DNA of 64,000 nucleotides from an uncultured Chloroflexia bacterium (GTDB lineage Bacteria; Chloroflexota; Limnocylindria; Limnocylindrales; CSP1-4): NCBI GenBank assembly GCA_963833225.1, contig CAWHXD010000008.1, positions 576,001 to 640,000 of the forward strand, read 5' to 3'. Shown piece by piece: positions 59,737 to 64,000 of this stretch (position 1 is its first letter; each line of letters starts with the position of its first letter). The notes under the pieces were generated by a model. It saw only the letters and a program-made list of their open reading frames with translations, ran no database searches and was not told where the DNA came from. The position numbers and the translations under genes were made by a program.

Positions 59737-61290
59737 TCAGCACCCCGACGACACGTTGATCTGGGAGTCCTGGCTCCGGGACTTGCCACCGTACTGGTCC
59801 CTGGTCTCGATGTGCCACGTCATGAACACCCGGCCCGTCGCCCAGTTCGCGCCCCGCCGGAGGGTGGTCGAGTAATACCAGTCGCCGTCCAGGCTCCCTT
59901 TCATGTCCTTGCGCTTCGTGCGCTTCGTCCCATCGGCCAGCTGGTACGTGTACACGAGGACGGCACTCGACGCACCGATGCCGTCCGGGTCATTCGCCCT
60001 GCCGTAGAAGTTGGTGTCCGTGTTCAGGCAGAGGCTGTTGGGCGGCGAGGCCCACTGGGAGACGAACTGGGCCTCCGTGTCGCACCGCTTGACCGTGATC
60101 GTCCGCGAGCTGAGCTGGCTCGTGAAGCCCGCGCCGTCGACCGCCTTGATGTACCAGCGCAGCGAGCCCGTGGGCGGGTTGGGGATGGAGATCTTGTCGC
60201 CGAGCGTGTCCAGGTTCGCGTACCACTTGCCCTTGATCGTGCGGCTGTCCATGGCCTTGGACGACCAGCTGCTGCTGCCGGGCCGCTTGAAGAACAGGGT
60301 GGCGGACTTGACCCCATCGCTGTCCTTGATGGTCGCGGTGATGTCAGTTGCGGTCTGGCAGTTCTTGCCGGGCGCAGGCACAGGATCCCAGAACAGCGAG
60401 GAGCCCGACGACGACTTAACGCCGCTGATCGTGGGCCCGGTGTTGACACAGACCTTGACGCTGATCGAGTCCGTCCCCTTGACGGGGATCCGCTTCGTGG
60501 CGCCCGATGAGTCCGTGCCCACGGCATAGAACGAGAGCGTGCCGGCCGTGGTGATCCCGTCGGCGACGGTCCCGAGCGTGACGGCCCAGGTCCCCTTCTT
60601 CGCGTTCCCGGCGGTCCGCGTCATCGCGGTTTCGGCATACGACCCCGCTCCCGGCTTGCGCCAGAAGAGGGCGACGTGCTCGATGCCGATATCGTCGGTC
60701 GCCTTGACGGTGAAGGTCGCCTTCTTGACCGCGTTGGGGCAGTAGTCGCCCGTGTCGTAGCTGAGCTTGGTGGTGGACACGCTGAGCGCGGTGAGCGACG
60801 GGGCATTGTCCGGCGTGCCGCTGGGCGAGGGACCTGGCGTGGCCGTCGGCGCCGCTGAGGGCGGGTTGTTCTCCACGGCCGTCAGCGAAGGCCCGGGCAC
60901 CAACGGGGGCACCTCGGCCGCGTTCTCCGGGGCGCATTCCGCCACCGGGAGACCGGCGATCTGGCCCTGGACCTCGAGCGGCCCGGCCTCGACCCAGGCC
61001 TCCGTCCGACCGGGCTCCGGGAAGTGGATCCGGAGCCAGCCGGAGTCCTCGGTCCGACCGGTGGCCAGCAGCTTCTGGCCGGCCTGGATCATCGTGAGCG
61101 GGGCGCCGGTGCCGGGACACGGATAGACGGCAAGCGAGCCCGTGGCGCTCGCGGGCTGGCTCGAGCCGCCGCCCGCCACGAGGCCACCCCCGAGCGCACC
61201 CAGGACCAGCCCGCCGGCCATGATGGCGGCCGTGGTCGGCCCACCGATCGCTCCGAGCACGCGGCTGAACGCCGCGCCGATCGCGCTCAT
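59737..61290 (-). CDS. membrane-anchored protein with SH3b-like and repeated Ig-like domains
   Basis: TM; TGRTEDSGWLRI..EAWVEA; three repeats of D.DG(I/V)..(V/A).L.(W/F/Y). Confidence 0.6.
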   Translation of the reverse strand: MSAIGAAFSRVLGAIGGPTTAAIMAGGLVLGALGGGLVAGGGSSQPASATGSLAVYPCPGTGAPLTMIQAGQKLLATGRTEDSGWLRIHFPEPGRTEAWVEAGPLEVQGQIAGLPVAECAPENAAEVPPLVPGPSLTAVENNPPSAAPTATPGPSPSGTPDNAPSLTALSVSTTKLSYDTGDYCPNAVKKATFTVKATDDIGIEHVALFWRKPGAGSYAETAMTRTAGNAKKGTWAVTLGTVADGITTAGTLSFYAVGTDSSGATKRIPVKGTDSISVKVCVNTGPTISGVKSSSGSSLFWDPVPAPGKNCQTATDITATIKDSDGVKSATLFFKRPGSSSWSSKAMDSRTIKGKWYANLDTLGDKISIPNPPTGSLRWYIKAVDGAGFTSQLSSRTITVKRCDTEAQFVSQWASPPNSLCLNTDTNFYGRANDPDGIGASSAVLVYTYQLADGTKRTKRKDMKGSLDGDWYYSTTLRRGANWATGRVFMTWHIETRDQYGGKSRSQDSQINVSSGC

Positions 61291-61357
61291 GCCACGATGC
61301 GGGGAGGCGGCTGGGACGACATCGCAGCGCAGGATACGCGCGGGGACCGGGTCACGG

Positions 61358-62474
61358 TCAAGACCCCGCGATGCCCATCACGACGATCTCGCCCAGCGCT
61401 GCGTCATCGAAGGGCGTGCCGGGCACCGAGGTGGCCACGGACGGGTACGTGGACAGGATCGTGATCCGGACCGCGACCGCACCCGAGACATTCTTGACGT
61501 CGATCTTCTGGGGCTTGCCCGTGTCCTTGAGGCGCACCGTCATCGGCGCCGCGTTGCCCACCCGGATCTCGATGTCCTTGAGCCGGCGATTGCCCTTGTA
61601 GAGCGCGTTCGAGGCGTTGTAGCCATTGGTGAGGATCAGCGCGGTCACCTTGGACGGCGCAAAGACGACCTCGATCCACTCCCCCTTCTCCTTCTGGCTG
61701 CCTTCCTGCCAGCAGGTGTCCGGGTCACCGTCGATCGCCATGGTCGGCTGGAACTTCGGCAGGTCGCCCACGACCGAGGACGCGGAGGCGCCCAGCAGCG
61801 CAAGCGGCTCTGCCTTGGGGCCCTCGGTGGGCTTCGGCGTGGGCGCGTCCGACGGCGTCTCGGCCGATGCGGTGGGTGCATCCGAGGGGCTCGGCGAGAC
61901 CGGTCCGGCTCCGGTTGCCGGTGCGGCGGTCGCCCCCGACCCCGGACCCTCACCCTTCAGGAGGTTGGCACCGACCACGATCCCTACGCCGCCCAGCGCG
62001 CCGAGGATGGCCATGATCACGATCCACTTGAGCACGCCACCCCTCGAGGATCCCGGCTCGGGGTCGGGCCGCGGCGAGCGGATGGTGGTCGTGGTCACGG
62101 TTGCCGGCCGGTTGGGCGCGGCGACCGCGGCGGCGATCTGGTCCCGGCTGACCTGGGCCACCCGCCCGGCGTCGCTGAGCCTGGTCCCGCAGGACTGGCA
62201 GAACGTCCGCGAGGCCGCGTTCGCGATGCCGCACGCGGGGCAGCGGATGAGCCCCTCGGCGTCGGGGCTGGCTCGCGGGCCGTGGCTCCGCGACCGGCGC
62301 CGTGAACGGCGTGGTCACCGGCGGGCACATCGGAGCCGGCGGTCACCGGCGGGACGTCCGACGCCACCTGCTCACCCTCCCACTCGAGGAAGGCCCCGCA
62401 CGACCCGCAGAACTGGTCGCCGGGGGTATTGCGAAGCCGCAGCGGCGGCAGATGAGAGGGCTGTTGGCGGTCAC
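61358..62474 (-). CDS. double zinc-ribbon + TM + discoidin/NADase-type glycan-binding domain protein; frameshifted
   Basis: CRRCG..FCGSCGAFLEWEG and CPACG..FCQSCG; TM; AIDGDPDTCWQEG...GEWIEV...NGY. Confidence 0.7.
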
Positions 62475-62481
62475 GGGCGGG

Positions 62482-64000
62482 TCATCCTCGGATCACGAGC
62501 ACGAGCGGGACATCGATGAAGCGCAGGATGCCGAACTGAGGCGGGACGACGACGGGCGGATCACGAGCATGGTGGCAGCGACGGGCGGGAATGCGCTGCC
62601 GTCAAGGGGAACCGCCTGGAGCTCGCGCGGGCCGGTCCGATCATTGTGGAACACGAGCACCTGGACCCGGAAGGCGCCCCGGGCATCGGTGATCACCGGT
62701 TCCATGCTGGGCGTGATGCCCTGGCTCCAGGAGAGGACGACCGGCGTATCCGGCGGGAACCCGCGGCCTTCCGCGATGGTCACGATCCCGGGCTGCCCGA
62801 TCGGCGGATCGAGCACCAGCTCACCTTTCGACGCCGGCCGCGGAGCCGGACCGTCCGCGGGGAGCCGGGCGAAGTCGTCCGCCACCTCCAGCGTGGCGAC
62901 ACGGGTGCCCTTGCCGAGCGGACGGAAGGTCACGGACACGGTGCACGCCTCGTTGCGGCGCAGACTCGCGAGCCTGGCAGCCGTCGGCAACGATCCGGAA
63001 GTCGTCCCGGTTGGCCCCGGTGATCGTGGCCCCGGAAACCTGGAGCGGGCTCCAGCCGGCATTGCCCAGCGTGGCGGCGAGCGGGAGGCTCTCGGTATCC
63101 ACCGCGCGTGAGCCGAGGTCGAGCGTCGCCGGGTTGATCACGGGAACCGGGGGCAGGTCCCGGAGGAAGACGTCATGCGCCTCGTTGTCGTCACCCTCGA
63201 CCAGGCCGCGGCGAGTCGGACGCGAACGCGACGAACCGGCCATTGCCGCCGATCGACGGCTGGAAGGTCAGGCCGCCGCTTCCCGTATTGGTGAGGCTGA
63301 CCGAGATGAGCACCGTCTCGCCGGCGCCATGTCCCGGAGATAGACGTGGCGGGGGAGGACGCGCGACACGGCCGCCGGGGCGATGCGGCCCGCCGTCTCC
63401 GGGACGAGGTTGGTCGCGGTGGAGGTCCAGGCGACGAAGTTGCCGTCACCCGAGATCGCCGGGTAGAAACTGTTGCCGTTGCCTGCCCCACCCTGCGGCA
63501 TCACCGAGACCATGGTCGTGGTGCTGGTGGCCAGGTCGCGCCGGAACACCCCACCCGCGCCCTCGCTGGTGAGGTTCGACGCCCGGGACAGGAACGCGAC
63601 GTAGCGGCCGTCGGTCGAGATCGCGGGATCCGTGGCGATGTCGCGCGGAGGCCCTCCGTCCGGGGTGCCCGAGACCTGCCGCGTGCGGGCGGCCTCGATG
63701 TCGCGGACGTAGACCTGGAGGCCGGAGCCGGTGTCGGCGTTGACAACGCTGTCGCCGCCGTCCGAGGCGAACGCCACCAGGTTCCCGTCGCCCGAGATGG
63801 ACGGGGCGTTCGCGACACCGGAGATGAACGGCCCCGAGAAGCCGGGGCTGACGTGCACGAGATCGCCCGTGTCCCGGTCCCAGCGAACCACGTCCTCGGC
63901 GCCCTCGTCGTTGTCGCCGGGCATGTCCTTCGTGGTCGTGAACGCGACGTAGCGGCCGGTGCGGGACACGCGTCGGCTGGCGGCCCGAGACCAGCACCGG
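62482..64000 (-). CDS. C-terminal part of a large TolB-like beta-propeller protein with ASH/choice-of-anchor-D Ig domain; frameshifted, starts beyond the right edge
   Basis: Repeated (P)xISxDGxxVAFxS, DVFLRD; LDLGS...TLGNAGWSPL...DFRIV..C...CTVSVTFRP. Confidence 0.75.

Overview
High-GC bacterial window. Gene content and style suggest a Chloroflexota- or Actinobacteria-like organism, which is my inference. Many genes are split by apparent single-base indels, probably long-read errors rather than true pseudogenes. Left to right: (i) 1-10.2 kb is a putative defence/repair patch with Mza-like MutL-type ATPase and Z1 genes, a UvrD-nuclease fusion and a NERD-helicase. (ii) 13.8-39.4 kb is a large inositol catabolic regulon marked by seven copies of a LacI-type operator (consensus TGYAATCGATTRCA), six of them overlapping recognisable sigma70 promoters. 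It lacks iolC and iolJ in the window. It contains an iolB-transaldolase-iolA operon, a split transketolase, and a corrinoid protein with a UroD-fold methyltransferase-like gene. (iii) There are two families of unexplained palindromic intergenic repeats: 17-bp palindromes in 52-bp-period arrays, and ~135-bp repeats flanking an HTH/PD-(D/E)XK nuclease gene. (iv) Housekeeping and accessory genes include otsAB, ppc, ndh, peptidases and a two-component system. (v) At the right edge is an operon of membrane-anchored or secreted proteins that resembles the distal end of a contractile-injection-system locus. No rRNA, tRNA or canonical CRISPR-cas was found.
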